Assembly (NCBI GenBank): GCA_018658955.1
Contig: JABIPM010000012.1
Coordinates: forward strand, 1 to 42,492
Direction of reading: 5' to 3'
Source of the DNA: Candidatus Woesearchaeota archaeon
GTDB taxonomy: Archaea; Nanobdellota; Nanobdellia; SCGC-AAA011-G17; UBA489
Length of the DNA: 42,492 bases
The stretch's first letter is position 1; every line of letters begins with the position of its first letter. The notes beneath the pieces are model-generated. The model did no database searches and was not told where the DNA came from. It saw only the letters and a program-made list of their open reading frames with translations. The translations under genes were made by a program, and so were the position numbers. This document shows, one piece after another, positions 27,755-36,340 of the stretch.

Positions 27755-28485
27755 ACCTTAAACCGTTCTACGCATTCTTCTTCCATGAAGTGCATATCCC
27801 CCGGGACAATTATACATTGAGGTTTTTTTTCAACAAAAATAGTTCCGACACCACCATATTTAATTTCTGGTTTAGCTCCGCCTAATCCTCCACAAACAAC
27901 CACCATTTCACTAGTACTTAATCCATGTTTAATTAAATAATCTAAACCCTTTCTTGCAGTCATTAAATTAAATTCTTCATTTTCATTTTTTACATCTAAC
28001 AAAATTAAAGTATGTAATCCCATTTTTTGATTTTCCACCATCATTTCATAAGGGCTAGAAATTCCTTCATTTTCTTTGGGAATAGTTATAACTCTTCCAT
28101 ATTTATACAAACTCATTCCAACAATACCAACTGCACCTAAAATTCCTGCATTATCAATTACTGTAGATTCTACATCAAGATCATCTGCTCTTCTAAGAAT
28201 ATCCAAATGTGTAGTTGCACCCAATGGACTTCCAACAATCAATAACGCAACATTACCCTCTCTCGCAGGCATTATCATCTCATCTTCACAATTTTTTTCG
28301 ACCATGTCTCTGTCTGCAAAGATAATTTCCTTACCATAAAATTCCTGCATTTTATCAATATCAAAATCAACTTGTTTACTCGTATAACATTCTAAGAAGA
28401 CTTTATCGCAACTTTTTACTGCTTCTAAACCTTTCACAGTAATATCTTTCTCATCACCCATCCCAATACCTATTAAGTAAAACAT
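27751..28485 (-). CDS. dph5: diphthine synthase
   Basis: Tetrapyrrole-methylase fold with the Dph5 N-terminus MFYLIGIGMGDEKDITVKGLEAVKSCDKVFLECYTS and GSPLGATTH. Confidence 0.9.
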   Translation of the reverse strand: MFYLIGIGMGDEKDITVKGLEAVKSCDKVFLECYTSKQVDFDIDKMQEFYGKEIIFADRDMVEKNCEDEMIMPAREGNVALLIVGSPLGATTHLDILRRADDLDVESTVIDNAGILGAVGIVGMSLYKYGRVITIPKENEGISSPYEMMVENQKMGLHTLILLDVKNENEEFNLMTARKGLDYLIKHGLSTSEMVVVCGGLGGAKPEIKYGGVGTIFVEKKPQCIIVPGDMHFMEEECVERFKV

Positions 28486-28519
28486 ATATGTTGGAGAATT
28501 CTACAGTATAAAAAGTTAG

Positions 28520-29143
28520 CTAAATTTCAAATTCAAGCTTATTATACGCCCTAGCCATTAAAGAGTCAACATCGCATTGTAAATATGCAAGTTCCGATAA
28601 AATATCATCTCTATCTTCAGCATAAATACAATAAGGAGATTCAATTAATTCCTCAATGTCCCTCTGGGCCAAAGCAAGTACTTTATGTGAAAAGAATGGT
28701 TTTGTTTCTACATGAGGTTTAATAATTTTAATAGTTCCACCAATATAATCAAAATCTCCCCTCAATTCTTCAAAAGCGTGAAAATCCTTAAATTCAATTC
28801 CATGATATGCTTTTTCAGAATAATCTTCAAGTGTAAGGTGTACATCACTCAAAATTTCTTGCATTTTTAATTTATCCTCACCATTAGAATGAATAAAATA
28901 AACTGAATTATTAAGTGATTCGACTCCTTTTTTTACTAAAACTATTTGATCTAAAGCAAAATAAGGTTTATCGTTTAAATGTGGCATAATTTCTTTTATT
29001 TGAGCATATAATCCAAATAATTCATCTTCGTGGAATTTATAACCGTCAAATCCCGACGCCATAAAATTAAGATCAGTTTTACTAAATTGATAGTTTTCCT
29101 CATCATTATTTTCAAAATTTCTTCTCATTTTAGTTGATAACAT
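28520..29143 (-). CDS. hypothetical protein
   Basis: 207-aa acidic ORF with no motif recognised. Confidence 0.5.
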   Translation of the reverse strand: MLSTKMRRNFENNDEENYQFSKTDLNFMASGFDGYKFHEDELFGLYAQIKEIMPHLNDKPYFALDQIVLVKKGVESLNNSVYFIHSNGEDKLKMQEILSDVHLTLEDYSEKAYHGIEFKDFHAFEELRGDFDYIGGTIKIIKPHVETKPFFSHKVLALAQRDIEELIESPYCIYAEDRDDILSELAYLQCDVDSLMARAYNKLEFEI

Positions 29144-29212
29144 ATATACTCTAGGATATACTTTATAGTCTCAGAAACCCTTCAACCACTTATAAGGTTA
29201 ACTATTAGAAAA

Positions 29213-30676
29213 TTAATGTGTTTTAACCACTTTTCCAACCACGCTTCTCAGCATATGGTCAACTATCTCAAGATCATATAATTTGCCGATTTCAATCCTG
29301 TCTTTAACGCCAACAATCAAGGGATAACTCCCCATTTGTCTTCCAAATGTATGATTTCCATCGTGAACTTCCATTTTAACATTTTTCAAAATAGTTCCGC
29401 TAGGCACAAGATTTTTTAACATCTCAAAATCAACTTCTTTCCTAATCTTATTTCTCCATTTCCAATAATATTTCTTATTCTTCTTCAAGAATTTAGTTCC
29501 AACATCCCACATAGCAGTTCCAGGTAATGGTGTAACTTGTCTAATATTAATTCTTCTCAACAACAATCCTTCATCCAATATTTTTTTCAAATATTCATAA
29601 TTTAATTCACCAGTTTTTTTACTTTCACCTTTTAAACCAAATACTAAATTCAAACCGGGCAATAAGTAATGCATTCCATTTGGTCCTCGTTTAGCTCCAA
29701 ACTTATTAATAATCTTAACTGCATTCAATGCAACATCTGGAGAGGTATTCAAAGTATTTTGTTTTACAACTTCCATATCAAAACTTTCAACACCAAATGC
29801 AGCAATATTTCCTTCAGTACAATGTTTCACAATACATTTAGTTCTTTCCTCATTAACTAAAGAAGGAATCATATTATCTATATGTAAACAATCTAAGTTC
29901 AATTTACTTTCTCTTCCAATTGGTTTCAATAATTTATCTAACTCTTTAACATCCATTCCCTTATAACTTAAAATACAAGTTTGTTTACCTAATCTAAAAT
30001 TTCTTTCACCCATATCATAAAATGTTTTAATTTCTTTATGAATATCTTTTTGATCTCTCCATTCAACTTTTGATTTTAACGGTTCAGTACAAAAACTACA
30101 TTTACCCATTATACATCCCCTACCAGTTTCAATTTCAATCATTTTCCCCCAAGGAATCTGTTTAGCAATAGAAGCCCCCTTAACTGCATATTCACGCATC
30201 TCAGCATAATCTCCATAAACTTCTTTCATTTCTTCAACAAATAAACCAGAAGGAATCTTTTCAGCCATCTTTCCACCTTCTAATTGAGTTCCAGTGCTAA
30301 CAACAGGACCATAAAGAATTTTATCTGCCTTAATATTTTTAGTTAAAATTTCTATTTCTTTTACAGTTCCAGGTAAAGCACTCAAATATTTCCCGGGAGT
30401 TTGCATTCCAACTACACAAAATAATCTTTTTGTTTTTTCTAAAATTTCTCCAATATTATTTCTAGTTAAATTATAAATTTTAATATTGGTTTTTTGTCCA
30501 TCTTTTTTCTTATTTTTGTATTTAACATAAAATCTTAGATCATCAATAGTAACATAATTTACTTTTCCTTCCAAATAGCCTGCGAGATATCTCGGATGCA
30601 CTCCCAAATATGGAGGGACACCTAAACCAGAAGGTTCATCAGTATAACAATCCAAGATAGTATCTTCATATATCAT
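29213..30676 (-). CDS. radical SAM protein with C-terminal TRAM-like domain
   Basis: Cluster motif GRGCIMGKCSFC (C-x4-C-x2-C spacing). C-terminal GTILKNVKMEV...GRQMGSYPLIVGV...IGKLYDLEIVDHMLRSVVG resembles TRAM. Confidence 0.78.
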   Translation of the reverse strand: MIYEDTILDCYTDEPSGLGVPPYLGVHPRYLAGYLEGKVNYVTIDDLRFYVKYKNKKKDGQKTNIKIYNLTRNNIGEILEKTKRLFCVVGMQTPGKYLSALPGTVKEIEILTKNIKADKILYGPVVSTGTQLEGGKMAEKIPSGLFVEEMKEVYGDYAEMREYAVKGASIAKQIPWGKMIEIETGRGCIMGKCSFCTEPLKSKVEWRDQKDIHKEIKTFYDMGERNFRLGKQTCILSYKGMDVKELDKLLKPIGRESKLNLDCLHIDNMIPSLVNEERTKCIVKHCTEGNIAAFGVESFDMEVVKQNTLNTSPDVALNAVKIINKFGAKRGPNGMHYLLPGLNLVFGLKGESKKTGELNYEYLKKILDEGLLLRRINIRQVTPLPGTAMWDVGTKFLKKNKKYYWKWRNKIRKEVDFEMLKNLVPSGTILKNVKMEVHDGNHTFGRQMGSYPLIVGVKDRIEIGKLYDLEIVDHMLRSVVGKVVKTH

Positions 30677-30682
30677 AAAATC

Positions 30683-31189
30683 CTAATTCTTCAAAGACTT
30701 ATAAGCATATGCCCAACAGAACCCTGAAACTAAAGCTAAAACGTAATTAGCATCAAAATATTTCCCAAAACTTATCCCTAAAATTAACAGTGCAACATAT
30801 GGTAAACTCACAAAAAATAATCCACTTTCTTTCCACCTAATTCCACTCTCAAACATAAATATCAAAAACACCAAAGTTCCCAAAACCAATCCAAGATTAC
30901 CACTAACTACTCCGACACCCAATCCTAAAACTGAAAACAAATTATTCAACAATTTTCCCATCAACATTCCAAAAACAACTAGTAATGCCAACTCAGTTAC
31001 AAAGTTAACATTAAAAAACCAAAAAATACCAATCAAAAACAAACAAACATTTCTTCCTAATTTAAACAGTCTTTCACCAACTTCCATTTCTTCCGGTGCA
31101 ATTCTAGTTAAAATATAACCAAAGACCAATCCAAGAAATCCATATAATCCAATCCATAAAGATTCACCCCAAACCATATATCTTAACAA
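30683..31189 (-). CDS. integral membrane protein
   Basis: 168 aa, about 5 hydrophobic helices, Gly-rich. Confidence 0.55.
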   Translation of the reverse strand: MLRYMVWGESLWIGLYGFLGLVFGYILTRIAPEEMEVGERLFKLGRNVCLFLIGIFWFFNVNFVTELALLVVFGMLMGKLLNNLFSVLGLGVGVVSGNLGLVLGTLVFLIFMFESGIRWKESGLFFVSLPYVALLILGISFGKYFDANYVLALVSGFCWAYAYKSLKN

Positions 31190-31254
31190 TCAGTTTCTTA
31201 TAAAAAACCTTCCATCAAAACGTTTAAAAGCCTAAAATCAGGCAAAAAACCACA

Positions 31255-31644
31255 ATGAAACACCTAAAACAAGATTTATACATGGTAAGAATTAGTGATA
31301 CGAAGCCATATTTTGCACCAATTCAATCACTTTCGGCTAGATTAGTTGAAGAAGAAAAAATACCCAGTTTAGTAGAAAGAGTGAGATCCAAAGAAGATTT
31401 ACATAACCCTCGAGATGGATCCATACACCTAGCATCCGTGTATTTTACAAAGAAAGAAAATGCAGAAAATTTCAAAGAAGAGTTAAAATTTGCAAATTTA
31501 TATGAAGGCATAGAAATTGAGTATCTTGGAACAGTTAAAGACCATTATGAAAATATAGTAAAATTGGCATATGAAAAATCAAACAACAATTCTTTAAATT
31601 CAGAAGCCTTCCTAGGGCATCAACAGATTAGGAAGCTTATTTAA
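31255..31644 (+). CDS. hypothetical protein
   Basis: 129-aa ORF with no motif. Confidence 0.45.
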   Translation: MKHLKQDLYMVRISDTKPYFAPIQSLSARLVEEEKIPSLVERVRSKEDLHNPRDGSIHLASVYFTKKENAENFKEELKFANLYEGIEIEYLGTVKDHYENIVKLAYEKSNNNSLNSEAFLGHQQIRKLI

Positions 31645-31669
31645 ATTTTAATTTTATATTTATATTAAA

Positions 31670-33724
31670 ATGTGTGGAATAACTGGAGCAATAAACCTAG
31701 AAAATCACAAAGAAATAGCTAGCAACGCATTAAATAAAATTCTTTATAGAGGAATAGATAATAAAAAAATACATTCAGAAAATAATTTTACTTTTGCACA
31801 TTGTTTACATTCTATTGTGGGAAACAAACCACAACCACTAATAAAAGGAAATTTCATTTTTGGTTCTAATTGTGAAATCTACAATTGGAAAGAACTAAAA
31901 GAAAAATACAACTTAAATTCAGAAAATGATGCAGAATTATTATTTGATTTACTAATTAAAAAACTAAACAAGCCAGAAGAACTAAACTCAATTCTAAAAG
32001 AAGTAAGTGGAGTATTTGCTTTCTTCTTACATAATAAAAAAGAAAATTACACAATACTGGCAAGAGACCTATTAGGAGAAAAACCATTATGGTTTTACAA
32101 TAAAGATTCCTTAATATTTGCATCAGAAAGAAAGGCAATAGCTTCAAAGGAAATAGAACCAGAAGAACTAAATCCTAGAAAAATATTATTATTTAATCAC
32201 AAAACAAACAAATTAACATTCTTACATCAAGATTTCTTCAAAATAGAACCAGAAAAGTTAAACAAAGAAAACCTAAAACGATTAATAAAATCTTCAATTT
32301 TACAAAGAGTTCCAAACAAACACCTAGGAATACTGTTCTCAGGAGGTTTAGACTCAACACTATTAGCACATATCTTAACAAATAACAATATTCCATTCAC
32401 TGCATATATGACCGTCTCAGAAACAAAAACAAAAGAAATAGAAAACGCAGAAAAGATTGCAAAAGAACTAAACTTCAAATTAAAGTTAGTAAAAACAAAC
32501 AAAGAACAGATTATCAAAGAATTACCAAAAATAGTTAATTTAATTGAAACTGCAGACCCAGTTAAAGTGGAAGTAGCAACCACACTATATTTTTCTCTAC
32601 AGGCAGCCCAAAAAGACAACATTAAAGTAATTTTCTCAGGGGTTGGTGCAGACGATATTTTTGGGGGTTACAAAAGAATGCATCAATCTCAAAACATAAC
32701 CTTAGATTCATTATCTAACCTAAGAAGGATTTATGAAAGAGATCTTTACAGAGATGATGTTCTTTCAATGGCACACAACATAGAACTCAGATTACCGTAC
32801 TTAGACAAAAAATTAGTTCAAGCTTGTCTTAATACTCCGGATGAACATAAAGTCTCTGAAACTCCAAAGAAATTAATGAGAGAACTATCTCGAGAATTAG
32901 GATTATCAAAAGAACTATCTCAACTAAAAAGAAATGCTGCACAATACAGTAGTGGAATAGGAAAAGTAATTTCAAAAATTGTAAAAGAAAAGGGCCAATA
33001 CAAGGCAGAATACTTTTCAAACATTCTAAAAAGGAAAAATATCAAACTAGGTGCATTATTTTCTTCTGGTAAGGACAGCGTATACGCATTACATATCCAA
33101 CATAGACTAAATTATGAAGTTTCCTGTTTGATCACTATAGACAGTCAAAACAAAGACTCATTCATGTTTCACACGCCAACAATAGAATTGGCAGAAACAC
33201 AGGCAGAATGTTTAGATATTCCAATCATTCTACAAAAAACAAAGGGGGAAGAAGAAAAAGAACTAACAGATTTAGAAGTAGCACTAACAAGAGCAAAGGA
33301 AAAATATCAAATACAGGGAATAATTACTGGTGCAATTTTTTCAAACTATCAAAGAACAAGGATTGAAGAAATCTGTGACAAACTAAATCTAAAATGTTAC
33401 TCCCCATTATGGCACATGGATCAAGAAACTGAAATGAAAAACTTAATTCAAAAGGATTACAAATTTATCATGACTAAGGTTGCTGCAGAAGGATTAGATA
33501 AATCATTCCTAAATAAAATTGTAACACAAACAGAATTAGACAAGTTAGTTAAATTAAATAAAAAATTACATATTAATGTTGCAGGAGAAGGAGGGGAATT
33601 TGAAACTCTAGTTTTGGATGCACCATTGTTCAAATCAAAATTAAAGATAGAAGAATCAGAAATTATTGAAGAAAAAGATGGTTCTGCAACATTAATCATA
33701 AAGAAAATTTCAAAACAAGAATAA
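31670..33724 (+). CDS. fusion protein: class II glutamine amidotransferase + asparagine-synthetase-like PP-loop domain + Dph6-type (MJ0570/DUF71) diphthine-ammonia ligase domain
   Basis: N-terminal MCGI (Ntn Cys), SNCEIYNW, DAELL. AsnB synthetase motifs GILFSGGLDS and FSGVGADDIFGGY. From about aa 455 (nt about 33031), GALFSSGKDSVYAL, GAIFSNYQRTRIEEIC, SPLWHMDQ and AGEGGEFETLVLDAPLF match the Dph6 N-terminal domain. Confidence 0.8.
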   Translation: MCGITGAINLENHKEIASNALNKILYRGIDNKKIHSENNFTFAHCLHSIVGNKPQPLIKGNFIFGSNCEIYNWKELKEKYNLNSENDAELLFDLLIKKLNKPEELNSILKEVSGVFAFFLHNKKENYTILARDLLGEKPLWFYNKDSLIFASERKAIASKEIEPEELNPRKILLFNHKTNKLTFLHQDFFKIEPEKLNKENLKRLIKSSILQRVPNKHLGILFSGGLDSTLLAHILTNNNIPFTAYMTVSETKTKEIENAEKIAKELNFKLKLVKTNKEQIIKELPKIVNLIETADPVKVEVATTLYFSLQAAQKDNIKVIFSGVGADDIFGGYKRMHQSQNITLDSLSNLRRIYERDLYRDDVLSMAHNIELRLPYLDKKLVQACLNTPDEHKVSETPKKLMRELSRELGLSKELSQLKRNAAQYSSGIGKVISKIVKEKGQYKAEYFSNILKRKNIKLGALFSSGKDSVYALHIQHRLNYEVSCLITIDSQNKDSFMFHTPTIELAETQAECLDIPIILQKTKGEEEKELTDLEVALTRAKEKYQIQGIITGAIFSNYQRTRIEEICDKLNLKCYSPLWHMDQETEMKNLIQKDYKFIMTKVAAEGLDKSFLNKIVTQTELDKLVKLNKKLHINVAGEGGEFETLVLDAPLFKSKLKIEESEIIEEKDGSATLIIKKISKQE

Positions 33725-33891
33725 TGACATTAATTATTGACATACGCTGTCCAAAATGTGGGAAATACCAGAAAATGGAGATCAGAAATCCCAAAATGAC
33801 AGTGTTTAACAAACCAGATTTAACAGGAAAAAGAAAAGTTTGTATTTGGTGTGAAAAATCATTCAAAGTTGGGAAAGATACGGTTCAATAG
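33724..33891 (+). CDS. 55-aa zinc-ribbon protein (not in ORF track)
   Basis: Hand translation gives MTLIIDIRCPKCGKYQKMEIRNPKMTVFNKPDLTGKRKVCIWCEKSFKVGKDTVQ, with a CxxC...CxxC pattern. Its ATG overlaps the upstream stop (TAATG). Confidence 0.55.
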   Translation: MTLIIDIRCPKCGKYQKMEIRNPKMTVFNKPDLTGKRKVCIWCEKSFKVGKDTVQ

Positions 33892-33960
33892 CTCAATTAT
33901 AAATAACACCCACTAAATCCTCTAATTCTTTAAAAATATAATACCTTTAGGATTAATACG

Positions 33961-34965
33961 ATGATTAAATGGAGCGCTACAAAACTAAAAGATGCAACAG
34001 AATGCATGTTTAAAATTTATTTAAAATATGAAGAAAAAATCAAATCTAAAGAAAACTACGCCCTCGCTTCAGGAAAACACGTTCACTCTTTCTGTGAAAA
34101 ATTTAATGATCACAGACTAAAGAGAAATAATTATGAATCTGCAGAAAGTTTTGCAAAACAAGGAGCATATATGTGGAATAATTTAGTTCTTCCACCGAAA
34201 AATTTAGAAGAAAAATTTGAAGGAGAAAAATGGGCAACTTACAACATAATGAAAAACTGCCTTACAAATTTCTACGAATTCTATGGCGATAGGGAAAAAC
34301 CACTAGATGTTGAAAGAAGATTTGTATTAGGTATTGAAGATTACTTAATTGAAGGGTACATAGACATCATAGACAAACCATTCAAACATATCGATCTTAA
34401 AACTGGTTATCATTTACCCACAGAACAAGAATTAAAGAATGATTATCAATTTACAATTTATGCAGCGGCAATACCTTTCTTAGCACAAAGAGATCAAAGA
34501 TTACGGGAAATGTTTCAATTAACTAAAGCTCAAGAAAAAACACTGGACAATAATCCTTTGGAATTAATGGAAGAAGTTACTGGTGAATTCTATCACATGC
34601 GTTCAGGAACATTTGTTCCAATCAAAAAAACAAAAAACGATTTACTCGAATTATTAAACACTATTGAATCAGTATCTCACAGAGCAGAACAAGGAGATTT
34701 TACTCATCATAGAGGCAGGCACTGTGATTGGTGCTTATATGGAGATAAGTGTAACGAATATAGAAATAATGACCAGATAATTCTTCCAGAACCAATCAGA
34801 GAAAAGAAAAGTAAAGGATTATTATTTGACATTCATAACAATCCACTAAAACTACATTCAGAATTACCTCAAATCAAATCAATTAGAACTCCTGCAAAAG
34901 GTGGTAAAAAGAAAAAACCTAAAAAATTAACCAAAAAAGATACACCATTATTCAATGACCTTTAA
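33961..34965 (+). CDS. Cas4/RecB-like PD-(D/E)xK nuclease with 4-Cys cluster and Lys-rich C-terminal tail
   Basis: N-terminal WSATKLKDATECMFKIYL (first Cys), GYIDIID, IDLKTG (D/ExK), QFTIYAAA (QxxxY), C-terminal HCDWCLYGDKC, and the tail KGGKKKKPKKLTKK. Confidence 0.72.
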   Translation: MIKWSATKLKDATECMFKIYLKYEEKIKSKENYALASGKHVHSFCEKFNDHRLKRNNYESAESFAKQGAYMWNNLVLPPKNLEEKFEGEKWATYNIMKNCLTNFYEFYGDREKPLDVERRFVLGIEDYLIEGYIDIIDKPFKHIDLKTGYHLPTEQELKNDYQFTIYAAAIPFLAQRDQRLREMFQLTKAQEKTLDNNPLELMEEVTGEFYHMRSGTFVPIKKTKNDLLELLNTIESVSHRAEQGDFTHHRGRHCDWCLYGDKCNEYRNNDQIILPEPIREKKSKGLLFDIHNNPLKLHSELPQIKSIRTPAKGGKKKKPKKLTKKDTPLFNDL

Positions 34966-35663
34966 CGTTCACTTTCTTTGATTATATTTTCTAATTCAGT
35001 ACGTACTGCTTTTCGTGCAGCCCTTCTTAATTTAGCACCATAACTATTAACAGAATCTTGTTTTAGAACAACAATTTCAATTGGCCCGCCAGTATACAAA
35101 TCATCGGTTTGTTCAATTGCTTCGTAAGCATATCTTAATGCATTTGCATGACTAATCCCTTCCTGATCTAAATATTTAGTATCCATTCTTTTTTCTAAAT
35201 AACTCCTAGCAGAGTCACTGCCAGAACCAATAGTCAAATAATCTGTAGTTTCATCTTCATAGACTGGACGTTCTAAAACATTGCCCATTTTATCTACAAA
35301 ATACATTCCTACTTCCGGTTTAGAAGATGCTAACAAAAAGTGTGCAGAACAATCATCACCGTATTTTTTAGCAATTTTGGTATTGAGTTCATTAACTTCT
35401 GCAAAATATTTATTATTAACTGCATTCTCAATTAAATTACTAGAACTGCTTTCACTTCTCAAATTTTTAAAAAAACTTCTCAAAGGAGGACAATAAATGC
35501 CTGCAAAACCCATTGCCCAATCTTTTCCAGTTGCAATTTTATTAAATCCAGTAACTTTCGAAACAGGTATTCTATTGTCTTCAACATCAGTCATTTGACT
35601 ATCTGCTGCAAAAATTATTTCTTTAGCTCCAGAATATGCTTTAATTCCTATAATTGCTGTCAT
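34962..35663 (-). CDS. proteasome beta / HslV-type Ntn-hydrolase homolog without propeptide
   Basis: It starts MT-AIIGIK (Thr directly after the initiator Met), then FAADSQ (Asp), NKI (Lys), GFAG and TIGSGSDSA, in the order of proteasome beta-subunit catalytic motifs. Confidence 0.65.
   Translation of the reverse strand: MTAIIGIKAYSGAKEIIFAADSQMTDVEDNRIPVSKVTGFNKIATGKDWAMGFAGIYCPPLRSFFKNLRSESSSSNLIENAVNNKYFAEVNELNTKIAKKYGDDCSAHFLLASSKPEVGMYFVDKMGNVLERPVYEDETTDYLTIGSGSDSARSYLEKRMDTKYLDQEGISHANALRYAYEAIEQTDDLYTGGPIEIVVLKQDSVNSYGAKLRRAARKAVRTELENIIKESER
35627..35659. repeat. direct repeat copy A (33 nt), inside the 5' end of the proteasome-beta-like gene
   Basis: ctccagaatatgctttaattcctataattgctg. 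The 28-nt core matches 36354-36381 with 1 mismatch. A 1-nt indel precedes the shared ctcc. Confidence 0.85.
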
Positions 35664-35761
35664 TGCTTTCTAAACTAATCAAGAGGCATATTTAACCTTT
35701 ATTGCAGTTAATCATCAGAACTTATAAAGAAACAAAAAATTTCCGAATTTTTCAAAGAAAG

Positions 35762-35773
35762 ATTTATAAATAT
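35762..35773 (+). promoter_or_regulatory. TATA box (atttataaatat) 26 nt upstream of the antitoxin ATG
   Basis: Consensus TATA in the intergenic region upstream of the TA pair. Confidence 0.4.
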
Positions 35774-35799
35774 GAAAAATATGATTAATCATATTAAAA

Positions 35800-36078
35800 A
35801 TGAACTTAGATATTACCAAAATGGGAGAAAGAGGGCAAATAGTTATTCCTCAAGAAATTAGAGAAAAATTAAAGCTCAAACAAGGAGAAAAATTTTTAAT
35901 TATTAATGATGGAGAAGATATAATTTTTAGACCTTCAAATAAAATAAAATCATTAAAACAATTAGAAGAAGATATAATAGATATGCAAATAGCAAGTAAA
36001 CGGTGGAAAGAAATAGAAGAAGGTAAATTCTCTAAATCAAAAGAAAAAGAATTCTTGAAAGAACTAAAGAATTGGTAA
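35800..36078 (+). CDS. AbrB/SpoVT/MazE-family antitoxin
   Basis: Swapped-hairpin motif MGERGQIVIPQEIREKLKLKQGEKFLI. It lies directly upstream of a RelE/ParE-like ORF. Confidence 0.8.
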   Translation: MNLDITKMGERGQIVIPQEIREKLKLKQGEKFLIINDGEDIIFRPSNKIKSLKQLEEDIIDMQIASKRWKEIEEGKFSKSKEKEFLKELKNW

Positions 36079-36082
36079 AATA

Positions 36083-36340
36083 ATGGAAATAATTCAAACC
36101 AATTCCTTCAAAAAATCAATTAAAAGATATAAAAAAGATAAATTGTTAATTAAAAGATTAAAAAATCAAATTAAAAAAATAATTAAAAATCCTGAAATTG
36201 GAGATTTCTTAAAAAATAATAAAAAAGGAGAAAGAAAACTATACGTTCCACCATTTAGACTATTATATTCTTTAAATTCAAATAAAAATACTATCTATCT
36301 TTTAGATTTTGATAATAGGGACAAAATATATAGAAAGTAA
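36083..36340 (+). CDS. RelE/ParE-family toxin
   Basis: 85 aa. F.K..K.....L..R....I..I..NPEIGDFLK, FRLLYSL....IYLLDFDNRDKIYR matches the RelE/ParE consensus. 4-nt spacer after the antitoxin. Confidence 0.7.
   Translation: MEIIQTNSFKKSIKRYKKDKLLIKRLKNQIKKIIKNPEIGDFLKNNKKGERKLYVPPFRLLYSLNSNKNTIYLLDFDNRDKIYRK

Noticed and set aside
29213-30676. Radical SAM protein as the missing diphthamide enzyme Dph2, given its position between dph5 and the Dph6 fusion.
   Set aside because: As I recall, Dph2 binds its cluster with three distant Cys and has no CxnCx2C motif or TRAM domain. Proximity alone is insufficient.
33724-33891. Identifying the 55-aa zinc-ribbon ORF as Trm112 (the Bud23 partner) or as a Dph3/Kti11-like CSL zinc finger.
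   Set aside because: It lacks the Trm112 C-terminal hydrophobic (I/V)P-x-(L/M)L-type segment and the CSL finger pattern as I remember them. Only the generic CxxC...CxxC ribbon is supported.
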